From Mobula hypostoma (lineage: Eukaryota), in NCBI RefSeq assembly GCF_963921235.1, contig NC_086108.1, positions 106,518,001-106,582,000 on the forward strand: a DNA stretch of 64,000 nt, in the 5' to 3' direction. The stretch's first letter is position 1. Each line of letters starts with the position of its first letter. A program made the position numbers and the translations under genes. The notes under the pieces are model-generated. The model worked only from the letters and a program-made list of their open reading frames with translations. It ran no database searches and was not told the DNA's origin. Below, piece by piece: positions 47,738 through 59,227 of this stretch.

Positions 47738-49977
47738 AAAAGACAGGACAAAGTCAGCATAGTTTCCTTAAGGGAAAATCCTGCCTGACGAACCTGTTGG
47801 AATTCTTTGAGGAGATTACAAGTAGGATAAATAAAGGGGATGCAGTGAATGTTGTAAATTTGGACTTTCAGAAGGTCTTTGACAAGGTGCCACACATGAG
47901 GCTGCTTACCAAGTTAGGAGCCCGTGGTATTACAGGAAAGTTACTAAGATGGTTAGACTATTGGCTGATTGATAGGAGGCAGCGAGTGGGAATAGAAGAA
48001 TCCTTTTCTGGTTGGCTGCCAGTGACCAATGGTGTTCCACAGGGGTTGGTGTTGGGACCACTTCTTTTTATGCTGTATATTAATAATTTAAATGATGGAA
48101 TAGGTGGCTTTGTTGCCAAGTTTTCAGATGATACAAAGATTGGTGAAGGGCCAGGTAGGACGCAGAAGGTGTCATGGTCCGGTCCTTGAAGTCCGCATTC
48201 TGGTTCACAGTCCAGTCCGTGGACTCAGGACTCCAGGTCTTCCAGCTGTCCCTCGTTTGGTTGAGTTAATCATAGGCACCTGATTCCCATCTTGGGGCTT
48301 GGAATATAAGTGGCCCTGGGGCTAAGTGTGAGCTGCTGGTTTGCCTTGTCAGTCCCCCTTGGAGCAACCTGTTGATGGAAGGCTAGTGAAACCATTTGTG
48401 ATCTCTAAGCCTGGTTGGAGGACCACTGCTTCATGGAGCCTTGTTGCCACTTGTTGGAACAATCATTGTGGTATGGATTTGGCTGTTTCTGTAGCCAGCC
48501 AAGGTTGCTGGCTGTCCTGAGACTCAGAGCCACCCTGGATTGAGCTCCTTTCCTGTTCTTGCCTCTGCTGGGTAAGCCAGGCTGTAATTGCTATTACCCT
48601 GTGGTTGGTTCTGTCCCTTCCTGTCCCTTGCCTCTGTTAGGTAAGCAGGCTGTTTGCTGTTACCCTGAGTTGGGTCTGTCCCTCCCTGTCCTTGCCTCTG
48701 GGGTGAAGTTCTGCATCCTGCCCAGGAGTAGCTCCAAGAACCCCAGCCTCGAGGATCCTGCAGCCTGAGCTCCAAGAGGATCCCGCAGCCCGAGCTCCAA
48801 GAACCCCAGCCTGCAGCCAAGCTCGGGCCTCTAGACCCCAGCCATGTCATGTCCTTGCCTGGCTCTGGGGTCCGAGCCCAAGGCAAGACCCAGGTTCTGG
48901 GTCCTTGTCCAGTCTCAGGCTTGGAGTCGAAGCCTTGTCTTCTAGTCCATGGTTTCTGGTCCTGGTACCGCTTTCCCTAGCCCAAGTCTGCATTCTTGTC
49001 CCTGCTGCTTGCCTGTATACTGTCATGTCCCTACTCTAGTCAAGTCCTGTTCCTTGTACTTCAGTGTCTGTGTCTCACATGTGGGTCCATTCCCAGTGCC
49101 CCAGCATGACAGAAGGATTTGGACAGATTAGGAGAATGGGCAAGAAAGTGGCAAATGAAATATAAAGTTGGAAAATGCATGGTCATGCACTTTGGTAGTA
49201 GAAATAAATGTGCAGACTATTTTCTATAAGGGGAGAAAATCCAAAAATCTGAGATGCAGAGGGACCTGGGAATTCTTGTGCAGAACACCCTAAAGGTTAA
49301 CTTTAAAGTTGAATTGATGTTGAGGAAGGCATATGCAATGTTAGCATTCATTTCAAGAGATCTAGAATACAAGATCAGCGATGTAATGATGAGGCTTTAT
49401 AAGTTATTGGTGAGGCCTCACCTTGAGTATTGTGAACAGTTTTTGGCTCTGCACCTCAGAAAAGATGTGCTGGCATTGGAGAGGGTCCAGAGGAGGTTCA
49501 CAAAGATGATTCCAGGATTGAAAGGGTAATCATATGAGGAATGTTTGATGGCTCTGGGTCTGTTCTTGTTGGAATATAGAAGGATGAGGTGGGATCTCAT
49601 TGAAACCTTTTGAATGTTGAAAGGACCAGACAGGATAGATGTGAAAAGGATGTTCCTCATGGTGGGAGGGTCTAGGACAAGAGGGCACAGCCTCAGGATA
49701 GAGGGCTGTGATTCAAACCAGAGATACAGAAAAATTTCTTTAGCCAGAGGGTGGTGAATTTGTGGAATTCGTTGCCACATGCAGCTGTGGAGGCCAGGTT
49801 GTTGGGTTTTACTTAAGGCAGAGATTGATGGGTTCTTTGGCTATGTCATCAAAGGCAACAAGGAGAAGGCTGAGAAATGGGGTCGAGGAGGAGAATAAAA
49901 GGATCAGCCATGATTGAATGGCGGAGCAGATTCGATGGGCCAAATGTTCTAATTCTGCTCCTATGTCTTATGGTCTA
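47738..49977 (+). mobile_element. CR1 RT + 3' UTR, split by a solo LTR
   Basis: ORFs 47725..48189 (SCLTNLLEFFE, KFSDD) and 49254..49529; GTCTTATGGTCT tail. Confidence 0.9.
48170..49111 (+). mobile_element. Solo LTR (942 bp), Gypsy-like
   Basis: TGTCATG...CATGACA ends; 5-bp TSD GAAGG at 48165-48169 and 49112-49116; TATA-like AATATAAG near 48303; no coding remnant; strand inferred. Confidence 0.87.
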
Positions 49978-50554
49978 ATGGACTTCTAATGTACACCAGC
50001 TGCTCATAGGATCATCCACTACCTGGTCTCATGGCTTCACGTGACCCTGACTAGGGGCTAAGCAGGTGCCACACTTTACCCAAGGGTGACTTGCAAGCTA
50101 GTGAAGGGAAGGAGCATCTTACACGTCCTTTGGTAGAGACAAATCTCCAACCCGCTACCCTACTTCAAATGTTGACCTTTTTATTCCTGGGTTCATACTC
50201 ACTTACCTCCACTGGACCCTCTCCAATCCCAGCACATTCTTTCTTAGACAAGGTGCCCAAAACTGCACATTTCAGACTCCAGATGTGGTCTGAAAAAATG
50301 GCTTATGATATCAGATGGGTTGTTTTGTTAAACAGGGAGTGTTCTGTCTGTGGAAAGGGATAATAAATCAGCCATGATGGAATGGTGGGGTAGGCATGAA
50401 GGGCCAAAGAGCCTAATTCTGTTCCTATCTCTTATGGTCTTGATCTAAAAGACAGAATATCAGAAGAATGAAAATAGGATTAATGTAGAGTTAACAATAG
50501 AAGCATTTCCTGATAGATATTTGTAAAATGATGTGGAATAAGTAAATAGTCCAC

Positions 50555-52245
50555 AAGACAATAAGACTAAGGAGCAGAATTAGGTCATAAGATCATAAGA
50601 CCATAAATATAGGAGCAGAATTAGGCCATTTAGCCGATCGTGCCTACTCTGCTATTTCATCAAAGCTGATCCTCTCAGCCTCAATTTACTGCCTTCTCCC
50701 TGTATCCCTTCATGTGCTGACCAATGAAGAATCTATCAACTTCTGCCTTAAATATATGTAAAGACTTGGCCTCCACGGCTGCCTGTGGTAAAGAATTCCA
50801 CAGATTCACCACTCCCTGGTTAAAGTAAGTCCTCCTCATCTCCATTCTAAATGGATGCCCCTCTATTCTGAACCTCTATCCTCAGGTCTTAGCCTCTCCC
50901 ACCATGGGAAACGTCCTCTTCTCATCCACTCTATTAAGGCCTTTCACCATTCAATAGGTTTCAATGAGGTCACCTCTGATCCTTCTGAGTTCCTGTGAAT
51001 ACAGGCCTAGAGCCATCAAACACTCTTCATATGGCAGGCCATTCAATCCTGGAATCATATCTGTGAACCTTTGAACCCTCTCCAGTTTTGGCACATCCTT
51101 TTTAAGGTAAGGGGCCCAGATCTGCGCTCACTACTCCAAATGAGGCATCACGAATGCTTTAAAAAGTCTCAACAGTACATCATTGTCTATATATTCTAGT
51201 CTTCCTGAAATGAGTGCTAACATTGCATTTGGCTTCCTCACCATAGACTCAAATTAACCTTTAGGGAAACCTGCACAAGGACTACCAATCCCTTTGCACC
51301 CCAGTGTTTTGTATTTTCTCTCCATTTAGAAAATAGTCAACCCTTTCATTTCTTTTAGCAAAGTGCATGACCATGCACTTCCCAACACCATATTCCATCT
51401 GCTATTTCTTTGCCCATTCTCCTAATCTGTCTAAGTTCTTCTGTAGGCTCTCTACTTCCTCATAACTACCTGCCCCTGCACCTATCTTCATATTGTCTGC
51501 AGACTTTGCAACAGAGCCATCAATTTCATCATCCAAATCATTGACATATAACATAAAATGGATCAGTCCCAACACAGACTCCTGCAGACCACAACAGTCC
51601 CTGGCAACCAATCAGAAAAGACTCCCTTCATTCCCACTCTTTGTTAGAATCTTTCCTGTAATACCATGGGCTCATAGCTTGTTAAGAAGCCCCATATGTG
51701 GCACTTTGTCAAAGGCCTTCTGAAAATCCAAGTACACAACATTAACCGATTCTCCTTTGTCTATTCTGCCTGCTATTTCTTCAAATAATTCCAACAGATT
51801 TGTCAGACAAGATTTTCCCTTGTGGAAACCATGCTGACTGCTGCCTATTTTATCATGTGCCTCCACGTACCCTGAGACCTCATCCTTAATGATCAACTCC
51901 AACATCCTCCCAACCACTAAGGTCAGACTAACTGACCTATTGTTTCCTTTCTTCTGCCTCTCTCCCTTCTTGAAGAGTGGAGTGACATTTGCAATTTTCC
52001 TGTCTTCAGTAACCATTCCAGATTCAAGTGATTCTTGACAGATCATCACTAATGCGTCCACAATCTCTTCTGCCACCTCTTTCAGAACTCTGGGATGTAC
52101 ACCGTCTGGTCCAGGTGACTTACTTACCTTCAGATCTTTCAGTTTCCCAAGAACCTTCTGTCTATTTATGGTAACTTCACTCACCTCATGTCCCCTGACA
52201 ATACTGCCAGTGTCTTCCACAGTGAAGACTGATACAAAATACTTA
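50555..52245 (-). mobile_element. CR1 ORF2 RT + 3' UTR
   Basis: ORFs 51672..52292 and 51402..51611; CATAAGA-type tail ~50560-50605. Confidence 0.9.
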
Positions 52246-52743
52246 AACACGAGGAAATCTGCAGATGCTGGAAATTCAAGCAACACGCACAAAATGCTGG
52301 TGGAACGCAGCAGGCCAGACAGTATCCATAGGAAGAAACACAGTTAACGTTTTGGGCCTAGACCCTTCGTCAGGACTAACTGAAAGAAGAGATGGTAAGA
52401 GATTTGAAAGTGGGAGGGGGAGGGGTAGATCCGAAATGATAGGAGAAGACAGGAGGGGGAGGGGGATAGAGCTAAGAGCTGGAAAGTTGATTGGCAAAAA
52501 GGATACAAGTCTGGAGATGGGAGAGGATCGTGCAGACCTCCCAGTGGCCACACATTTTAATTCCACGTCCCATTCCCATTCTGATATGTCTATCCATGGC
52601 CTCATCTACTGTCAAGATGAAGCCACACTCAGGTTGGAGGAACAACACCTTATATTCCATCTGGGTAGCCTCCAACCTGATGGCATGAACATTAACTTCT
52701 TTAACTTCCGTTAATGCCCCTCCTCCTGTTCTTACCCCATCCC

Positions 52744-52774
<31 letters not shown>

Positions 52775-53148
52775 TTCTTTTTTTTGTTCTCTCTTGCTCT
52801 TTCTCTCTCTGTCCCTCTCACAATAACTCCTTGCCTGCTCTCCATATTCCTCTGGTGTTCCCCTCCCCCTTTCTCTCTCCCTAGGCCTCTCGTCCCATGA
52901 TCCTCTCCCTTCTCCAGCCTTGTATCCCTTTTGCCAATCAACTTTCCAGCTCTTAGCTCTATCCCCCTTCCCCTCCTGTCTTCTCCTATCATTTTGGATC
53001 TCCCCTCCACCTCCTACTTTCAAATCTCTTACTATCTCTTCTTTCAGTTAGTCCTGACAAAGGGTCCCGGCCCAAAACGTCAACTGTACCTCTTCCTATG
53101 GGATGCTGCCTGGCCTGTTGCATTCACCAGCATTTTTGGTGTGTGTTC
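52246..53148 (+). mobile_element. Penelope-like element: inverted pseudo-LTR + GIY-YIG C-terminus + pseudo-LTR
   Basis: ORF 52265..52714 ends DLPVATHFNSTSH...LRLEEQHLIFHLGSLQPDGMNINF; 52285-52528 is the reverse complement of ~52900-53147. Confidence 0.88.
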
Positions 53149-53780
53149 CAGAATAGCTGATCCTCTAGTGGGCTCAACCATGAGCTGCTCTGAAAAACCA
53201 TCTTGTAGGCACTCTAGAAATTCCCCCTCCTGTAATTCAACACTAACCTGATTTTCCCAGTCTACCTGCATATTGAAGTCCCCCATGACTATTGTGGTAT
53301 TGCCCTTTTGGCACGCATTTTCTATCTCCCGCTGTAATTTATAGCCGATTGGTCCACTGAGTCTGCTCCACCATTCCATCACGACTGATCCATTTCCCTG
53401 TCAACCACATTCCCCTGCCTCCTCCCTGTAACCTTTTACACCATGACGAATCAAAACCCTATCAGCCTCTGCCTCAAGTGACCGAGTGAACTGGCCTCCA
53501 CAGCTGCCTCTGGCAATGAATTCCAGATCTTCCGCCTGGCTAAAGAAATTCCTCCCCCTATCTGTTCTAAAGGGACTCTGTGCCCTCTGGTCTTAGACTC
53601 TCCCACCAAAAGAAACATCCACTCTATCGAGACTTTTCAACATTCAATATATTTCAATGAGATCCCACCGTCATTCTTCTGAGTTCCAGTGAGTACTGTC
53701 CAGAGCCTTCATCACTGCTTATATGAAAACCCTTTCATTCCCACAATCATTCTCGTGAACCTCCTCTGAACCCTTTCCAA
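53149..53780 (-). mobile_element. CR1 fragments (APE piece, then another 3' end)
   Basis: IVMGDFNMQVDW, EPTRGSAIL (53080..53382); ERVQRRFTRMI (53712..). Confidence 0.8.
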
Positions 53781-55231
53781 TAGTCCTTTGCCTAGTCTGG
53801 GTATACCTGATACCAGAGGGTGTAGCTTTGAAGTGAGGGGAGAAAGTTTACGAGAGACTATCAGGCAAGTTTTTTTACACAGCAAGTGGCAGGTGCCTGG
53901 CCAGGGGAGATGGGGAAAGTAGATACAAGAGGGTCGTTTAAGAAGCATTTAGGCAAGCAAATGAACAGGTGGGGAGAGGAGGGATGTGGATCATGTCCTG
54001 ATTCAAATTCAAGTTCAAGTTTATTGTCATTTGGCTGTACCTATATATAAACAAATGAAACAATGTTCCTCTGGAGCATGGTGCACCCACAAGTCATATA
54101 TCATACACAGCACGTAAAACAAAAGATTTCCACAAGTAAGCTAATAAATATAATTCTAAGTTCATGTCGTGCCCAGCACGGGTAAACAGTAACCAGTAAA
54201 CAGCTCGCTGTCCCGGTGACGAGACCTCGGAGGTGGCAGGGTATTCATTAGTCTCACATCCTGAGGGAGGAATCTGTTACCTGGGCTGGCAGTCCTAGTT
54301 CAGTGCTTCTGTACCTCCTTCAAGGTAGTGGGCCAAAGAGACCATGGGATAGGTGGTGGTGATCCTCGACAATGCAGATCAACGTTCCGATGTATCTGTC
54401 ACATGTACACTAAAACATACAGTGATATGTGTCATTTGCATCAATGACAAACACATTCTGAGATGTGCTGCCACAAACAAGAAATTCCATGACATATGCC
54501 AGTAATAAGCCCGATTCTGGTTTTAATTCTGTGGGATTAGCTCAAGTCAACAACTTGATTAACATGGAGGAGCTGGACTGAACAATCTGTTTCCATATGA
54601 TAAGACCTTATCTATTTATGACTCCAGCCCACTTGAAATATTCCAAGGAGTCTCTTTGACCTCATTGGAAATCTTCGAATGACTTGCATTGGAACCCCTT
54701 TCCCCCTTAACGTTCTTTACTTTAACCACTTATCTTTATTCAGGGTCACTCCTTGAAGTATAAACTATATTTCATGCTTGCCTGTGACTTGACTCTCTGT
54801 GTTCATTATGTTTTAATAAAATTTAGTAAATACTTTTTAAATGGTGGGCAAGATTTAGTATTTTGTCTGGTCTCCAACAAGCGACCGGAGATGAGGCAGT
54901 GTGACAAGAGAGCGCATAGATCAAATGGTTTTCTCTGAATCGTAGAGCTTGAAATTGTTCAGAAAGAATATTTGTGGATGAATGCTTAATTCTTTCATGC
55001 AATATTCTTTCCCCTGTTATTTTGACAGGTTACTGCCTTCTGGACATGGAAATTTCTTACAAATGTATTCACAAGTTAGCATTTGACCGATGTAATTTCA
55101 GAGCAGCAGTGATTTTTAAAGATGTAGAATAACACTGCACTGACAGAGAAATGGTGCATAGTTACATGGTACATGTAACGGCTGGCCAAAAGGATTTCAT
55201 GGCTACGAGGTTTCCTGCATTAGAGTGCCAC

Positions 55232-55520
55232 GGGAGCGTTGCGGTTAGCGCAATGCTATTACAGCTTGGGGCATCGGACTTCAGAGTTCAATTCTGGCAT
55301 CTGCTGTAAGAAAGTTTGCATGTTCTTCCCATGGAATGTGTGTGTTCCCTCCGGGTGCTCCGGTTTCCTGCCACAGTCCAAAGAAGTACTGGTTAGTAGA
55401 TTAATTGGTCTTTGTAAATTATCCTGTTTTTAGGCTAGCGTTAAATCAGGGGCTGCTGATGATGCAGCTTGAAGTGCTGGAAGGGCCTATTCTGTGCTGT
55501 ATCTCTATATAAAATACATA
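55232..55520 (+). mobile_element. tRNA-headed V-type SINE with CR1-derived tail (HE1-like); a second partial copy at ~55545-55715
   Basis: GGTTAGCGCAATGC...GAGTTCAATTC head; V-domain-like CCGGGTGCTCCGGTTTCCTGCCACAGTCCAAAGA; tail GAAGGGCCTATTCTGTGCTGTA as in CR1 3' UTRs. Confidence 0.75.
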
Positions 55521-55884
55521 TTTCTACCACCCCCTCCTTTTCTGGGTTTAGCTCAATGCTTTACAGTACAGGTGAACGGGTTCAATTCCCACTGCTGCCT
55601 GTAAGGAGTTTGTATGTTCTCCCTGTGATCGCGTACAGTCAGCAGGTCAATTAGGTACATGGGTATAATTGGGCAGTGGGAATGAGGGCCTGTTATAGTG
55701 CTGTATCTTCAAAGAAAATATTTTAAATGAATAAAATTTAAATAAATATCCAGATATTGAAACAAAAACAGAATTTGGGATATAGTTTTGCAATTACAGA
55801 GCAAAAGCAGATAAATAAGGTACATGAGGAGAGAGATTAGGAGATCATAATTTCATTGTTTAGTGTACAAGAGGTCCATTCATT

Positions 55885-56053
55885 TCCAGTCTTTTTCTTT
55901 CTTCCAGTCCTTTCTAGTCCTGATGAAGGGTCTCGGCCCAAAACATCGACTGTTTACTCTTTTCTATAGATGGTGCCTGCCCTGCTGAGTTCCCCTTGCA
56001 TTTTGTGTGTGTTACTTTGGATTTCCAGCATTTGCAAATGTTCTCGTGTTTGT
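55885..56053 (+). mobile_element. Penelope-derived terminal repeat with hammerhead motif
   Basis: AGTCCTGATGAAGGGTCTCGGCCCAAAACATCGACT at 55916-55951. Confidence 0.8.
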
Positions 56054-56441
56054 GAGCTTGTCAGCCCCAATCTCTTGCCTTCTCCCCATATCCATTTATG
56101 ACCTGATTAATAAAGAGTCCGTCAACCTCTACCTTAAGTATACTCAGTGACTTGGCCTGTGGCAATAAATTCCACATTCAGCACTCTCTGGCTGTAGAAG
56201 GAGTGCAAATGGAGACAACGGTCTGGTTTGTGAGATGGACTGAACTTTGTTCCCAACTCTGCTATTTTATTGTAGTTTTGGACAGATTGGTCTGCCATAG
56301 CAACCCATGATGAATCCGTATCGGGGACATTTATTGTGCATCTATAAAATAAGGTGAGAATAGATGGGGGCATGCAGAAATTCCCCAGCCTTCTGAGGAA
56401 GGAGAGAAATTGGTGTGCTTCCCTAGCCATAATGTCCAGGC

Positions 56442-56660
56442 AAACACGAGGAAATCTGCAGATGCTGGAATTTCAAGCAGCACATATAAAAGTTGCTGGT
56501 GAACGCAGCCAGCAGGCCAGGCAACATCTCTAGGAAGACGTACAGTCGACGTTTCGGGCTGAGACCCTTCGTCAGGACATGAAGGGTCTCGGCCCGAAAT
56601 ATCGACTGTACCTCTTCCTAGAGATGCTGCCTGGCCTGCTGCGTTCACCAGCAACTTTTA
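56442..56660. mobile_element. Penelope-derived fold-back insertion with 14-bp TSD, inside a Rex1 fragment
   Basis: CATAATGTCCAGGC (56428-56441) / CATAATGTCTAGGC (56661-56674); arms ~56486-56570 and ~56581-56660 are reverse complements. Confidence 0.88.
56544..56578 (-). ncRNA. Minimal type I hammerhead ribozyme motif (core intact)
   Basis: Minus strand GUC-CUGACGA-A-GGGU-CUCA-GCCC-GAAAC-GUC-GAC(U): helix I GUC/GAC, helix II GGGU/GCCC, palindromic ACGU helix III. Confidence 0.75.
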
Positions 56661-57524
56661 CATAATGTCTAGGCGACTGGACCAGAACAAATCACTGGTG
56701 ATGTTTGCAATGAGGAAATGTAGGGCAGATTGGGAAAGGGCATCAGCTTTTTTTCTCCAGAGAGTCAGTTCAGCTTTATTAGAAATCTGTCCACTTCATT
56801 TAGATTTGCATTCAGATTTAGACCAGACCACAAACAAGAGAAAATCTGCAGATGCTGGAAATCCAAGCAACACACACCAGACCATCTGTCTCTCTCTGTT
56901 TGGTGTTAGGTTGATCCCAGGTTTAACAGGAATGAAAGGGTTAAAGATGAACTGAATTAGTTTACTAATAGAACAGAGAGCACAAAACCACAGTACAGGC
57001 CTTTTGGTCCAAAATGCTGTACTGACCTTATAATCTATAAAATTGCTAGCCCCTTTTATTGCCCTAAGATCAGTCTAACCTTTCCCTCCCACATAGCCCT
57101 CCGTTTTCATTTTATTTATTTAGAGATCCATTGCCCAGCAACTCCCAGCAACTACTGATTTAACCCTAACCTCATCATGGGGCAATTTAGAATGACCAAT
57201 GACCCTACACGGTCCATCTTTGGAATGTGGGAAGAAACTGGAGGATATTGGAGGAAACCCACACATTCCATAGGGATGCCAAACAGACTCCTTACAGAGG
57301 ACACTGGGGTTGAACTTCGATGCCCTAACTCTGCCGTGCTGACCGTTATTCTATCATGTAACCGAGCATCCATTTGCCTATCAAAGAGTTTCTTAAATGT
57401 CCCTAATGCCACATCCAAAAACCTACCTCTGACATTTTTTCTATGTTATATGCCCTCTTATTTGCTTTTATGTTGTCCTTGACTTCCAGTATCAGCCACG
57501 GTTGCCTCATCCTCTGAGGTTATA

Positions 57525-57880
57525 AGAACGAGGAGGATCTCACTGAAACCTATTGAATGGCCTACTTAGAGCTGATGTGGAGAAGTTCCCAGTAGTGGGA
57601 GATTTTAAGATCAGAGGGCCCAGCCTCAGAATACAAAGATGTCTGTTTAAAGCAGAGGTGAGCAAGAACACCTTTAGCCAGAGGGTAGTGAATGCCACAG
57701 ATGGCTGTAGAGACCAAGTCACTGGCTGTATTTAAAGTAGAAGTTGATAGGTTTGATTCCGTAAGGATGTTAACAGTTACAGGGAGAACGCAGGAGAGTG
57801 GGGTTGAGAGGGATAATAAATCAGCCATATTGGAATGGCAGAGCAGACTCGATGAGCCTTATTCTGCTCCAGTGTCTGAT
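57525..57880 (+). mobile_element. CR1 3' fragment
   Basis: KNTFSQRVVN and LAVFKVEVDRF in ORFs 57553.. and 57692.. Confidence 0.8.
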
Positions 57881-58384
57881 GATTTTATGCACACAAACTG
57901 TTTCATCATTGTAGCACGTGTGATCTAAACTAGACCCGATGAGAGAGTGGATGTCATCGGGAAAGTAACTGCAGCTGGCTGAGCCGAGGACACGTCTCTG
58001 GACACCCGACACTGCTGTATCCTGACACCCTCGTGACCGGCACTTTGACAGCTGGAGCTTAATGTTTTGTGTCAAGTTTGACCCCAGTCACCGGAGACTT
58101 TGATTTTTATTGATTCCAGTTTTGCCGGAACTCCTTCGGGCCCTGATCTGATCAAATGTTGCCTTGATGTCAGGGCATGGTACTCTCACCTCTGCTGTAG
58201 TTTCCAGCCAATGAACTCATTCCTGTATTAAGCTTGTGATCAGGAAAGTGACTGAGCTGTGATAAGAAATGGCCAAGTCAAGCATATGCCACTTATTAAC
58301 AGATGTGGGTGGCTCTCTCCGTCACTCTACAGATGAAAGCAGGGGAAGCAGATATTATTTATTTACTTATTTATTATTTTGTTG

Positions 58385-58822
58385 TCACAGACTTGTATAC
58401 AGAAATGTATTGGGAACATCATGAAAGATCCCACCCACCCTGCTCATAGACTGTTCGTCCCACTCCCATCAAGGAAGAGGCCACGTAGCATCCACACCAG
58501 GAACACCAGCATCAAAAACAGCTACTTTCCCCAAGCAGTAAGGCAGATCAACACCTCCACCCATTAACCCACCCCTCCACACCTCGAACCTTCACTACTT
58601 TATCATTTCCTGTCAGAATCGCCTTATGTACAGACACGCCTGTGTCTAGAGTCACTATATAAACATACAATCAATCTATATATATAAGCTGTCTTCTGTA
58701 TTTATATTTATTTATTATTGTTTATCTTTATTGTATTTTTTTTGTGCTGCATCAGAGCCAGTTACAATTATTCCATTCCCCTTTACACTTGTGTACTGGA
58801 AATGACATTAAATAATCTTGAT
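58385..58822 (+). mobile_element. Rex1-type 3' fragment
   Basis: IMKDPTHPAHRLFVPLPS...IKNSYFPQAVR. Confidence 0.8.
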
Positions 58823-59227
58823 CCATATCCTTCCTTTTTCCTTGTATCTAAACATGTTTTAAAAGTCTCTATTGTAATGAGATTTATCTTGCAAATTTTA
58901 ATGACGTTGAAACTTCTAAATCAATCTACAAACCAATGCACTATTTCTTGCAACCTTGTCAGTTTTAAAATGCTGGAATGTTGGAATCTGAACAACAAAT
59001 TTGATGCAGCCAACTTCCACAAAATAGGAATGTGAAGAAGTCTGGAGTATCTGCACTTATTGATGCTGACTCTGGGAAATACATTCCAAAAAACAGCAGA
59101 GATTTTCTGTGATAATTAAATTGTGCTATGGAATCTGAAAAAGACATCAGATCCTCTACACTACAGTGTCTTACCTTCCCTCGGCAGGCTGCAATCCCAG
59201 CAAGATGTCATTCGTTGGTGATGCAGC

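Larger units (their letters stand above)
47540..50160 (-). mobile_element. RTE-related SINE-like element split into 47540-47737 and ~49978-50160
   Basis: Contains TGGTTTGCCCTTGCCTTC (reverse of a BovB/RTE-type GAAGGCAATGGCAAACCA); the host CR1 resumes after 50160. Confidence 0.55.

Noticed and set aside
55005..55170. Possible exon after the acceptor-like TTTTGACAG
   Set aside because: All three frames hit stops within ~35 codons and give no recognisable protein.
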